The position numbers and the translations under genes are program-made. Source: a virus (lineage: Duplodnaviria; Heunggongvirae; Uroviricota; Caudoviricetes). Taken from it: a stretch of DNA of 64,000 bases. The stretch is from the IMG/VR virus record IMGVR_UViG_3300035501_000173, one strand, 5' to 3'. The notes under the pieces were generated by a model. That model was not told where the DNA came from. It saw only the letters and a program-made list of their open reading frames with translations, and searched no databases. This document shows, piece by piece, positions 1 through 12,611 of the stretch (its first letter is position 1; every line of letters begins with the position of its first letter).

Positions 1-296
1 CATCTTTAAAGGATGGTGGTGTGTATATTATAGGAATTAATTATCACAACACAAAATATTCTGGGATTTTTACATATGCAAATACAACAATGGAAGATGA
101 AGAGATTGTGTTACATTGTTGTAGTTCTCCCTCAGAGAGTTCACATGCTTCACAAGGACGAGTCTTTGCCAGAATTGCCTGTGGGGATAATTATGGAGCC
201 TTTGCTAAAACAACTAAATTTTAGTTTGCTTTAAGTAAAGCAGACTCTGCGATAACTACTTTTAATATTAAATTTAAATTATTTGCAATTCTATGA
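1..296 (+). CDS. 5'-truncated tail-fibre-associated protein (C-terminal domain only; 1 TAG read through)
   Basis: Frame is open from the window start; TAG at 222-224 is read through to TGA 294-296, which overlaps the next ATG (293). YSGIFT...EIVLHC...RVFA resembles the C-terminus of the next gene. Confidence 0.7.
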
Positions 297-2146
297 ACGT
301 AAAAGACGGGTATAAATAGCTTGGGACTGCTATTGTACATAGTTTAACCTTTAGTGACGGTAAATTAAGTTGGAAAAAATCAGATGACGGTAATTCATCA
401 TCAGACGCCGTCGTTGGAATCGTAGGTACATCCCCAGGTTTTACACCTGCTACAAGTACGGCGACTTCCACAGCCGCAACCAGTAGCCAATATGTGCTTA
501 CTGCTACCAAGGACGGAACTCCTACATGGAATGCGTTACCTGATAACGCTTTTAAAAATGATAATACTACATACAATGTAGTGTCAAGTACGGCTAATGG
601 TTTAGCCCCAAATACTGGTAATGCAGCTGCAGCAACTATAAGTTCTCAAAGTACTGAATGGGTATTAACTACTACAAGTGGCGCTGCACCAACTTGGAGA
701 GCACTTCCATCTACTGCTTTTAGTGATACAAAGTATTCTGCAAGTACTGGATTATCTTTATCTGGTACCACTTTTAGTTTGGCTAAAGCTACAAAAGACA
801 CAATCGGAGGTGTTAAGGTATCAACTGTTAATACTAGTACAGTATCTCCTACTACAGCTTCGGGTACTAATTACGGTTTAGCGGTTGATAGTAGTGGTTT
901 ATTGTATGTTACTATACCTACTACTAGTATAATTGCAGGAACTAGTTCAACAGCTACTTCTAATGGAAGTGTTACTGCTAATGGAAGTACTTCTACGGTT
1001 TATATTAATACAGTTGAAGGTAGTTCCGCTAAGGGATCTATATCAATTAAGGGTGGCGGTTTAACTACAGTTAGTGCTGCTTCAGGTGCTATAACAATCT
1101 CTACCTCTAATAAAACATTAACTATTAAAACTAGTAGCACTGCTTCTACAACATACAATGGAACTGCTGATGCAACTGTAGATTTATATTCACTTATTGC
1201 TTCAAATTCTGTACAGTTCTTGGGAGGTGTTGCATCAACTGATGAGATAATTGAAAAATCTACTGCTGGTTATGGTGACTATGTTAGAGCTACATCGGCT
1301 ATTACTATAGGTAGTACAACTGCTCATGCTGGTGACGTTATAATGCTTAATTCTAGTGATTCTGGTGCGTATGCAACGATAGATAACTGGGTAGTATTAC
1401 ACACAGAAATTGATACTAATACTAATACTCTGACCACTACCGGATCTATCTTAAAGGCAGATACTAATTTATATTTGCTAGGTGGAACTGGTAAATCCTC
1501 TACGTCATATCAAACGACTTATCTCAGTGGTGAGGGTGCTTATATTAATAATGGTTATGTATATTCTGGTAGTTCTAAAACTTTAACCGAAGCTACTAAA
1601 CTCTTTACGCTTAATAATACTGAAACAAGTGCAAGTACGTCAACAAGTATATATGCACCTACAGAGGGTGGTGCAGCAGGAACTATTTTAATCGGTTAGG
1701 GAACTACATCTAAACCTGCATGGTTATCTGCTGGATCTTCTGGATATGTATTAAAATCTAATGGTGCTGCAAACCCATCATGGGTTTCAGTAACTAATTT
1801 ACTATCATATTATTATGTACCCACAAGTGTAAGTGCTAGTTCATTAGCATTATCATCTGGAGCATGGGCACAGGTAGGTACAGCTTTAACAATTACAGCT
1901 GGAAGTACTTATGCAATTAGAATAGCTGTTACCGCTAATAGTATAGTATCTTACGCATCTGGAATATTTACAGCATCTACAGATGATCTAGCGTCTGATG
2001 AAATTCCATTGCACTGTTCTATTCCATCAGGTGGTTATAGAATTTACGCTAAGACTAAAGTTTCTGATAGTAAAACATATATATATCTTGCAGCTGATAA
2101 TAGTGTAACTGCAAGTGTAACTATTCATTACAAAAAATTAATTTAA
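293..2146 (+). CDS. tail fibre protein, 617 aa
   Basis: ATG 293 (MNVKDGYKQLG...), TAG at 317 and 1697 read through, TAA 2144-2146. Ser/Thr/Gly-rich fibre repeats (VLT..G.PTW.ALP..AF twice; GGVKV...YGLAVDSSG). Confidence 0.8.
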
Positions 2147-2152
2147 TTAATA

Positions 2153-5100
2153 ATGAAAAATTTTAGTGGATATTCAAAATAGAATTCAAGTGACTCCGAA
2201 GTCTTACTTGGTGGAGGAGGAACTAAAGCACTTTCTAATTTTAGTGGTACGATTTCTTGGGATGCCACTAATAACCAATTAAAAGTAACAAATGTAGCAG
2301 GTACCTCGTCCAATATAACTATTGTGCAAGCTACTAATGCTACTAATGCTACTAATGCTACTAATGTAATAGTAAGTTACAATAATACTAGTAATACTAA
2401 GTACCCAATTGTTTGGAGTAATCTATCTAATACATCAACTAATACTGCTAATTAGTTATATAAAAGCAGCAATTTTTATGTTAATCCTAGTACTGGTACT
2501 ATCACTGCTACCACTTTTAGTGGTGCTTTAAGTGGTAATGCTGACACAGCTACCAAACTTGGTACATCCACGGTAGGTAGTACTTCGCTTCCAATTTACC
2601 TTAATTCTGGTACTGCTACTGCCGTTACTGCCAGTTCATTGTTTTCATCCCTTACTAATTCTGGTAATAACATATCAATAACAATTGCTGGGTAGAACCG
2701 AACTTTGACTCCTGCATATGCTAGTACTGCGGCAAGTGCTACTACTGCCGAAAGACTTTCAGGAGGAACTCTTGGTACTTGGGGAACTCTCACTTCTGCT
2801 AATGGTTACTCATTAGTATCTGCTTATGACTACGGAAATACTTTAGGTGCTTATACATGGGCAGGAAAAAGTGGTCAGATGTCTATGTAGCTTGATGGGT
2901 ACTTCTATCAAAATGAAGGAAAATATAGGGTAGCTGATACTTCTGATTTATCTAAATATTTACCTTTAACTGGAGGAACTCTGACTGGGGCACTATCTGG
3001 AACAAGTATATCCATGTCAGGAGCTGCTACATTAGCATCTACTCTCTCGGTTAGCGGTGCTACTACATTGAATTCTTCTCTTGTAGTTAATGGAACAACT
3101 ACACTAAATTCAACAACTAATACAACAGCAGCAATCTCTGCTAATAAGTTCTTCCTTTCGGTTCCAAAAGGAGGCTACGTGAGAGGTGGTACCAATTCAG
3201 TAACCGGAGCCATCACAATTACACTACCAACATCACCAGGACAAGCCATGATCTCAATGTGGGTAGATGTATACAACTATGTAATTAATACGTCATTTAC
3301 CGTTCATGTTGGTGGTTATGCGTACGGTGGTTACAATCAATGGTATAATACCTTTGCAGTAGTCTATGGAGCTGCGTATACAGTTCGATTTGCATATTCG
3401 GATCCAAACTATATTATATATATTGGTGAAACGTCTAGCACATGGGCTTATCCCCAAATTCAAGTTCGTGATGTTATTATAGGTTATTCTCCAACTTACA
3501 GCAGCTGGGTAAACTCCATAGGTGTATCTTTGTCAACGTCTTTGGCAGATAGTTAGTCCACAATTACTCACTACGCATACACAACTAAGAATCTATCGTT
3601 CTATAATCTTACTTATTCAGCAGGAGCATTTAGTGCTGGTTCTTACACACCTAATGGCGCAGCTAAGACTATATACGTTCCAACTAATACGTCACATCTT
3701 ACAAATGATAGTGGCTTTATCACGTCAAGTGCAAGTATTACAGGTAACGCAGCTACAGCTACTAAATTAGCAACAGGTAGAACTATAAATGGTACAAGTT
3801 TTGATGGATCTGCTAACATTACTACCACTAATTGGGGAACATCTAGAAGTATTTATATAGCGGATAGTGATGGGTCAAATACAGGTTCTGCTGTTAGTGT
3901 TAATGGTAGTGCTAATGCTACTTTAAAACTCCCAGCTACTATTAAAGCAACCTTAACAGGTAAAGCAGATTCTTCTAACTGGTTAAATACTAATAGCACT
4001 CTGACCTACGGAGCAAGTGGTTTAAATTACTTTAATATTAATGGAACTGCTGGAACTACCGCTAATGAGAATGTTACTCCGACTTCTGCTTGGTATCATA
4101 TACTTAGAATGAATCATGCAAACTCCAGTGGATATTTTGTGGATATTGCTGCTGGTCTGAATAATGCTAATGGAATGTATTGGCGTCGTGTATCAGTAGG
4201 AACTAACTACGGATGGTATAAAATACTAGATAGTAATAATTATACTACTTATTGTGCTACAGCCTCTCATACTCATAGTTATGCCGGATCGTCAAGTGCA
4301 GGTGGAGCTGCAAACTCAGTAGCTAATAGTTTAACACTTAGCTATGGAGGTACTTCATCATGGACGTATAATGGAAGTGCTGCTAAAACTATAAATATTA
4401 AAGCTGGAACTAATGTAACTGTTAGTGGTGACTCAAGCGGTAATATTACAATCAGTTCTACAGACACTAATACACATTATTCAAGTAAAAACATTGTTAA
4501 CAGTGCTACAACTAGTACAAGTAATACAACTACAGCTTTAACTAATGGTAATGTATATTTAAATCATATAGAAAATGGTAGTGTAACTTCTTATCATAAA
4601 ATAAGTGGTTCGGGAGCTTCTACAGTTACAACTGATGCTAGTGGTAATATTATTATTAGTAGTACTAATACTACTTACACAAGTTTAAAGAACCCGAATA
4701 GTTTAACATTAAGTTATTATCCTAATACAGCTTCTAGCGCTTCAACTAGTTGGACATATGATGGTAGTGCGGCAAAAACTTTAAACCTAAAATATGGAAC
4801 CTATATTAATGTTAGTGGTGATACTAGCGGTAATATAAGTTTCAGTCACACTACTAGTGGTGTAACTGCTGGATCTTACGGTGCAACTTCAAATGCTACT
4901 CTAAGTCATTCTGGAACATTTAAGGTACCTTACTATACTGTAGATTCATACGGACATTTAACTGCTGCAGGAGCTATTACTTATACTTTACCTTCTGATA
5001 ATAATACCACATATTCTACTGCTACTTATAGTTACTTAGGTTTAATAAAACCTTGGTATAGTCATACAGCAGCATCTACTGGGCCTACGACAGGATCAGA

Positions 5101-6931
5101 TAGTACAGCAGTAGCTGTAAATACAATTACCTCAACTTCTGGTAAATATTATGCTATAGAGATGGATAGTAATGGTAGAGCTTTCGTCAATGTTCCTTGG
5201 AGTAACACTACTTACACATTTACCGCTAATAATCCTACACTTGATTGGAGTACTACTAGTACCCTAGGTACTATTGGTGGAACTACATTTAAGGTTACAA
5301 TGCCTGCTAATCCTAATACGGATACTAAAGTTACATCAGTAGATAATCATTACTCCCCATCGGCTAACAGTTCCTATGCTTTAGGAGCTACTTCTGCAGC
5401 AACATTAAGTTTTGGAGAATCTGTTATTACTGGCTTAACTAGAGATGCTAAAGGACATTTAACAGGAGTTGTTACAGGAACTTTACCAAGTAATCCTAAT
5501 ACAGATTATAAAGCAAGTTCTTATAATACTACATCTACAATATATTTAATAGGAGCTACATTATAGACATCAAGTACCTCTACAGGAACCACAACTTACA
5601 GTAACTCAGGTTGTTATGCTTCTGGTGGTTATTTGTATTCTGGAAGTGCTAAAGTTCTAACTAGTCACTAGACTATTTATAAACTTACTTTAAGTGCAGG
5701 AACATTTAGTGCTACTTCTTATACACCTAATAGTGCAGCAGCCACTGTTAATATACCTACAAGTACAAGTCACTTAACTTTTAATACTATAGCTACTTAT
5801 AATGGTTTAGGTGGTATTAAGCCTGCTTATAGCACTACAGGAGCCGTTACATTAACTACTACATCAGCGACATATACTGATACTCCTACTATAGCTACAC
5901 GTACGACAACAAGTGGAAGATTTTATGCTGTTGAGGTTGATGTAAATGGTGTACCCTATGTTAATGTGCCCTGGAGTAATACAAATACTACAACTACTGC
6001 TGCAAGTTCAAATTCTACTAGTAAACTTTATCTTATAGGAGCAACATCTCAAAGCAGTAGTGGTGTTACTACATACAGTAATTCAAGTTGTTATGCTACT
6101 AACGGCTCTTTATATACGAGTGGTATACGTACAAATTCTTTGTATAGTAAAACTTCTGATAAACTGTTATTAACCTGCAGTGATGCTTCAACTATCGAAT
6201 TAACCAAAACTTCTACTGCCACGGGGTCATTTACCCAAATTACACGGGCTGGAGTTTCTCGTTCTTGGCAATTAGGACGTGAGGGTGCTATAATTAGATA
6301 GACTACTGTAGATTCTTATTCTCCAGCTATATCTATAAAAACTACAGATGGTTCTTGGGAAATCGGGTCTTACGATAGCAGTACCTTTTTGAATTATCTT
6401 ACATTCTGTTATGTTCCTGACACCTCTTATACAAGTACTACAGCAACTACATATAGATTTTGTATAGATTCCACAGGTGCTCTTGTTGGAGATAAGGTAG
6501 GTAAGTATTTAAAATTATATGTAGATGGGGGAAGCACTGAGAATACTAATGTGTGGTCTTTTAATGGCTCGGAGTTAAAACAAATTAATTTCAAATCTGG
6601 TACTAACATATCATTAGTAGGTTCTAGCAATGCTATTACTGTAAATACTACAAGTACAATAACGGCAACAGCTTTCTACACCTCTTCTGATATTAAATTA
6701 AAGGAAAATATTAAACCATTATCCGAACATATTAGAGAGTTTAATTGGAAAGAATCGGGTAAAAAATCATACGGTATCATAGCGCAAGAATTAGAAAAAG
6801 AGTACCCAGAGTTAGTAATAGAAAAGGATGATGTTAAAAGAGTAGATTACACAGCAGCTCTATGTTTATTAGTTGCTAAATTAGAGAATCGAATAAAAGA
6901 ATTGGAAAATGTCATACGTAATAGCAACTGA
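2153..6931 (+). CDS. long tail fibre/spike with C-terminal Peptidase_S74 intramolecular chaperone, 1592 aa
   Basis: ORF pieces at 2705, 3014, 4109, 5966 and 6389 share one frame and are joined only by TAG. C-terminus TSSDIKLKENIK...YGIIAQELE...VDY...LENRIKELE is the S74 signature (SD at 6686-6691). Confidence 0.88.
2330..2365 (+). repeat. in-frame 9-bp tandem repeat (GCTACTAAT)x4 = (Ala-Thr-Asn)4
   Basis: Four exact copies read directly. Confidence 0.9.
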
Positions 6932-7991
6932 ATAGGATTGTAAAGATTTAGATAGTTCTATAACCATTAATAATGCTAATCATTGTCCAAATAAATCTGA
7001 AATTTTAGGATTTGGTGGGAATATTATAATATCTGGAGATTATGCTGATAACCAGTTAGTGGCTTTAAAAGATTTAGCTTCTCTGGGAGAAGTTGTTTGG
7101 AAATTTACCGGAGTTAATATTACTAGCAGCACTTCGCATGGTATAGATACTAATATTACATTTTCGGGATTTGATTGGTATGGTTTTGGTAACAGCTCAT
7201 AGAGCATGAGTTTTAGTTATAATATAACTGTAGGTGGGAAAGCTATTAGTTCTGCTTATTATAGTGTCGATGTTACTAATATTACCTGTGGTTATACAAA
7301 AACCCAGGGGTATATAAGCGCAAGTGCAAATATACAAAGCTGTTATACAAGTTGTACAGCATTTACTACGGATGCAACTTATGAAAGTACAAGTGGTAGT
7401 ACATACCCAATTTTTGGAACATCGTATCCTGGGGTTGTCTGGGCAAAAATTTAGTTAGACCTAAAATATGAAGATCAAATTTTAGCAACAAAATATATTT
7501 GTGCTGCTTTTGGGCCTTCTAATATAATGACCTCAGCGCATTATTACAGACCTGTAATAGGAATTTCGACAGTTTCTCCAACCTCGACTGCGAGCTATGA
7601 TATAACCGTTTGCGGTTTGTATACAAGCACAACACCGTCTACTAGTAATGTTGCGTATGTAGATTTAAACACACCCACTTCTTACAACGATGCCCACAAT
7701 GGTTTTACAATTACATACGATGCTAAGTAGCCCCGATACGTATTCCCACTTAATTGGGAGACCACAAATGCCCGATGGTAGTATCGAGAATTATCTAATC
7801 TGAACTCTGAAAAAACTATAGCAGCTAATACATTAGCTAGTTCGAGTTGTAAACTATTAGTAATACAATATAATACTACTACACAAAGTATAAACAGAGT
7901 GAAGAGTACAGACGTTCCAATAGAAGCAGGAATTTATTACTTTTTTAGAGTTGTTTCAGGATACATATATACAGTAACTATAAGTGCTTAA
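6909..7991 (+). CDS. hypothetical tail-fibre-associated protein, 360 aa
   Basis: ATG 6909 overlaps the end of the S74 fibre gene (MSYVIATEQDCK...GDYADNQLVALKDL). Joins ORF pieces 7206 and 7527 through TAG; TAA 7989-7991. Confidence 0.75.
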
Positions 7992-8014
7992 CATCTATAA
8001 ATATTGTTAATACT

Positions 8015-8046
8015 ATTGGAAATAAAATATCAATCTAGTATATTTA
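8015..8046 (+). promoter_or_regulatory. Bacteroidota-type promoter candidate (ATTG-N20-TATATTTA)
   Basis: Intergenic; near match to the TTTG-N19-21-TAnnTTTG consensus, ending 18 nt before ATG 8065. Confidence 0.45.
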
Positions 8047-8064
8047 TACATAAATTTTTACAAT

Positions 8065-8340
8065 ATGGCTAATTTTACAAATAAGAAAATTCAGTATTTT
8101 GTAACTAACGAGAATGCTGAATTAAAACTTACAGGAAATATTTCTGTAAGTAATTCCAAAATTAATTCATTTGATGGTAGTTTTAGCACTACTTCTGGTG
8201 AATTTGTTGGTAATTTTTATTACAATGAAGGAACAGATGATAAAGTAAATAAAAGTTTTAGCGAGATTGGATCAGAATATGTAGCTTCCGCAACAGCTTT
8301 GTTAGATGCTACAATAAATGATGCAAATGAAATTAAATAA
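8065..8340 (+). CDS. small hypothetical protein, 91 aa (TAG-free)
   Basis: Complete ORF ending in TAA, A-rich leader. Confidence 0.8.
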   Translation: MANFTNKKIQYFVTNENAELKLTGNISVSNSKINSFDGSFSTTSGEFVGNFYYNEGTDDKVNKSFSEIGSEYVASATALLDATINDANEIK

Positions 8341-8355
8341 TATAAGTAATTACAA

Positions 8356-8814
8356 ATGACGACTAATGAAGTATTGACTAAGCAGAATTTCCTCACCAAG
8401 CTTCTTTTGAAAAGCGGTGACTCTGAACTTAGTAAGAGCCTTAAAATTAAGGTAATGGCTATGAGAATTGAATATGCAAAAGTTAGAAAGCAATTTGATG
8501 AAGATTTACAAGAATTTGTGAAGGATCTTGCTCCGGAGCGTTTTAAAGAGCTTCAAGCTATTCCAGAGGATTCTCGTACTGATGCTGAAAAAGAAGAATT
8601 GCAAAAGCTGACTGATAAGATTAACTCTGATTATAACGCATATGTCAATGAAAGGGGTAAAGATGCAGTAGAGGTTTCTAGAAAATCTTTTACCGATGAT
8701 GAATATAATGAACTTGTTGAGGTAAATGCGGATAATGATGTTGATATTAATGGTACTAAGTTGACCGCAGCAGACTTTTTGGAAATACTTTACAGTTTAT
8801 TTGTAGAAGAATAA
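8356..8814 (+). CDS. acidic helical hypothetical protein, 152 aa (TAG-free; possible tail-fibre assembly chaperone)
   Basis: Complete ORF ending in TAA and followed by a terminator. The chaperone role is inferred from position only. Confidence 0.75.
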   Translation: MTTNEVLTKQNFLTKLLLKSGDSELSKSLKIKVMAMRIEYAKVRKQFDEDLQEFVKDLAPERFKELQAIPEDSRTDAEKEELQKLTDKINSDYNAYVNERGKDAVEVSRKSFTDDEYNELVEVNADNDVDINGTKLTAADFLEILYSLFVEE

Positions 8815-8823
8815 TACAAACAA

Positions 8824-8860
8824 GGGGCTGAGTCAGAAATGATTTAGCCCCATTTTTATT
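8824..8860 (+). terminator. intrinsic terminator
   Basis: GGGGCTGAGTCA-GAAA-TGATTTAGCCCC stem followed by ATTTTTATT. Confidence 0.85.
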
Positions 8861-8867
8861 ATTTAGT

Positions 8868-11800
8868 ATGGGATAGAATATAGAAGTTATAACTCAAATA
8901 GTCCCCAAAAATAATGCTAATCTAGCCGTAGCTGATGTTAATGATTTGAAAGGTGGTTATATACAAGTAGAAACATTAACAGAGTTAGACTATTTTAAGT
9001 AGCACTACAGCAATCGCTTAAAGATTGGAATGCTTGCTTATGTAACAAATGACAATGATTTTTATCAATTATGGGAAGAAGGTTGGAAAGTTTGGCAACC
9101 TAAATCTGGAGCAACTCTAGAATTATCTAAAGTTAAATCTATTGATGAACTAACTAATAGTACTTACGAAGTAGTTGGTAATGTAGTCTTTGTTACAGAC
9201 TTAAATGCTTTACGTTGGTATGATGGTAATACTTGGAATTCTTTTTCAAGAATTTATATCCAATCTCAAGCACCTGATGATACTAATGGTATATGGGTAG
9301 ATACAGATGAAAAGGGAATAAGCAAACCTGAATCTGTAACAACCTCTTTACTGAAAATGATTAATGTTCTTGCTAAACGTGTAAGTGCTTTAGAGTACAG
9401 AGAACAGCAATTACAATCAGGAGGCTTTGACAATAATATGTATAATTTATATGATGAGATAATTGGTGTCGATCCCGGAGAGGATATTAATGGCGTTGTA
9501 GATGAGGAAGATGCCGAAGGTACTACAGAGTAGACAGAGTATGACGAAAAAACTCTATTAGAGAATACCTTACTAGCAGATTCCTCAGAACCCATTACTT
9601 ATAAGGATACTTTACCAAATGTTAAGCACTTACAAATAAAATGGGGAACTTACGCAGATATGGTTAAGTACAAAGATTGCTTCTTACCTGCGGAATTATT
9701 ATATTGTTATAATACAAGAGAATTATGGATTAAAGATCCAAAAACCTATCAATTAATTAAAATTGGAGCTACTACTGTTAGTGGTGATGTAGACTCCGAA
9801 ATAGAGGATATTATGAATGGAATTATTCAAGACGGTGATTACATAAGTAGTATAGCATTTGTGGATATGGTAGATAACTCAAAACATTATACATTTAGTG
9901 TTCAAAACGGAGAGCTAGATTTATAGTGTGAAGAGGAGGTTGTCAATCCTGTAACTAGTACACAATAGGCATCCTTTACATCAACTGATGGTACTTAGTA
10001 CTACAGTACTCCTTACAATCCAGCAGGATCTGATAATACTGCTAGTGGTGGTAATGCTATGCTATGGATACATGCGGTTTATACGGCTGGTAATCCCGAT
10101 AATACATATACAGAAGAAACTAGTTCAATTAATGCTAATTATAAAGATTTAGGAACATTAGGTTATAGTGATTATAATCCCTGTAATTATAGTTTTATTG
10201 AATTGGTAAATACTAATCCCGTAGATATTAACCTTAATGGCTTTTTCTTACACTATACAGAAAAAACTAGTTTAGGCTGGATTTCTTTACCCTTAAAGGG
10301 AATCATTAAAGCTAAAAGTACTTATTTAATTCGAGCTTCAAGAACTGGTAAAGATGATTTTGCTAGAATTAAAGTAGGAACTCCTGATATTTATTTCCAT
10401 AAAGGGATAACTTATAATAATAGTATCTTTGAAAGTTCTGCTAATAAGCATAGTATTTGGGACGAGGACGGATTGTTATTAATAAACAATTATTGCTCAT
10501 TCTTACTTACTGGGCCTTGTTACTCTTCTACCGATAGTACTATGTCTGATCTTGCTTATACTAAGAACCAATTAGATAAAAGTGTATTTACTTGTAGTTC
10601 TCCTTGGTATGAATCCAATAGTATTGCTGGAGTAATTTATGGCTATTGTGACTTAGTTGGTTTTGGTAGTAGTATGCCTGCTGTATTAAATGGAGCTGCA
10701 TCACCATTAGTAAGTAATCGTCTAGCTATGCAATATTATTCAATGGATAATGTATCACAAGCTTTTAAAAATTCTACGCTTAATTCATCTAGTGGATGGA
10801 AGTCTAGTAAAACATGGACTACTGTAGAATTACTTACTAATAATGCAGCAATTGATGTTCCTAAATACACACCGAAGAATAGTAAATCTGGAAAGAATAT
10901 ATTTTACAATAAACACTTAATCGAAGATGGGGTTCCAGTAATTGTTACATGTTCCTTTGGTTATAATCCACATACTACTAGATGTTTCGCTTGGGTTAGT
11001 AAGGGTTATAGAGATGAATATTTGCAATATAAGAAAGAGGGTGATTCCGACTGGATTACCGTAGAATCCTTTAAATCTGGAGATGGTAGAACTTCTGATA
11101 AAAATTGGAATGATTCTTGCTATGATAGAATCCGTAGTGTAACTACCGATGGTACTTATTTTACAGCTCATAAAGTAATAATTGATTTGTATGACTGGAA
11201 AGGAGATGGGCCTGAAACTTCTGAAACTTACGTATACAGAGTAGGTTATAATAATAACTGGACTGATGAAAAGAAATTTACTCTTAGAAATAGACAGGAT
11301 ATTATTAAGAATGGATTCTCCTTTGTACAAACTACAGACTAGCAAGGATTTAATCAAGAAGAGTATGAAGAATGGAAGGTTGTTGCAGATCATATTAACG
11401 ATTATTATCGGGGTAAATCTGGAGAACCTTTTATAGAGTTTATGATAAACACTGGAGATGCTACATAGAATGGTAATAGAATAAATGAATGGATTGATTA
11501 CTTCAATGCCGGTGCTTCTATTACTGATATTATGGAACAACAATATACAGTAGGTAATAATGACTTATGCCCCACAGTTCCTTATGAATTAGGATTAGGA
11601 AGTGATACTACTAAAGTAAATCCTATTAATGTAGAATACTTCTTTACCTATGAGCATCCTTTTGAAGTACCTAAATCTAATGGAGTACACTTACCTAGTG
11701 TATATTCTTTCATTTACGGTAATACCTACTTCTTGTCAATGAACTCTGAATTTACAGATTCTAACAATGCCTGCGAAGACTTATATGGTTAGAGTAGTTA

Positions 11801-12611
11801 CTATGTACAAAATAACTGTATGAAAATTTGGGCAGATAATGATATGGCACAACTACCAGATTCCATTAATTGGAAGATTGCTTACTGTCATGAAGCTCCA
11901 TTTACCCTACTTATTAATAGTACTATTACTAATTATGATGGTGAAACACCTGCATCTGATAGAGGTAGTGTAACATCACACTTTAATTCTCCGGGTAATT
12001 GGTGGTTTAGTAAATTCTTAGAGGATAACGGATTTAACTTGTGTATATGTGGACATAAGCATACTTACACAACTTCCCATTATTTACATGATAATGAGGA
12101 GGATAGAATGAAGCCTTATGTTTATAAAACTTATAGTACTGATACTTTAATTACAGATACAATACAAAAGAAGTTAGTTAATATAACCGATGATACTACT
12201 AAGCATTATGTGAAATATACAATGTGTTAGGCATCTGGTTATAAGTTAACATCTAATAAAGAGCTTCCTGGCCCAAGTATTGGTTGGTTAGAGTGTTATT
12301 ATCCTGCTTCTGTATCTGGCACAAGTGTAAGTGTAAATACTGGACAGCGTTATCCTCATTACATAGTTTGGAATATTGGAGAAGGTACTGAAATTGAAGG
12401 ACTTGCTGATCAAGAAACTCCAGAATCTAGAGAAAGAATCTTAGGTAAAGCTTATAAAATTAGACGTGGTTAGGATAATAATAATCTAATGTTTAATTAC
12501 AATGATAGAGTATTTACCTATAAAGATGTAACTCGTTTAGGGGGAAATGGAGAAACTGAAAATGGAAATTTAAATATAATTGTTGAAAAATTACCTTATA
12601 CTGGTGAATAA
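8868..12611 (+). CDS. multidomain protein: lamin-tail-like domain + FN3-like purple-acid-phosphatase N-domain + calcineurin-like metallophosphoesterase, 1247 aa
   Basis: Pieces 9030, 9660, 10059, 11532 and 11820 are in frame via TAG. LTD-like NYSFIELVNTNPVDINLNGFFLHY (~10185). Metallophosphoesterase motifs TTDQQ (11337), TGD (11457), GNND (11553), CHE (11889), GHKH (12051). Confidence 0.82.

Noticed and set aside
1-8000. Diversity-generating retroelement or invertible cassette acting on the tail fibres
   Set aside because: No reverse transcriptase, recombinase, adenine-variable repeat pair or flanking inverted repeats were seen by eye; the duplicated modules are too diverged to be a TR/VR pair.
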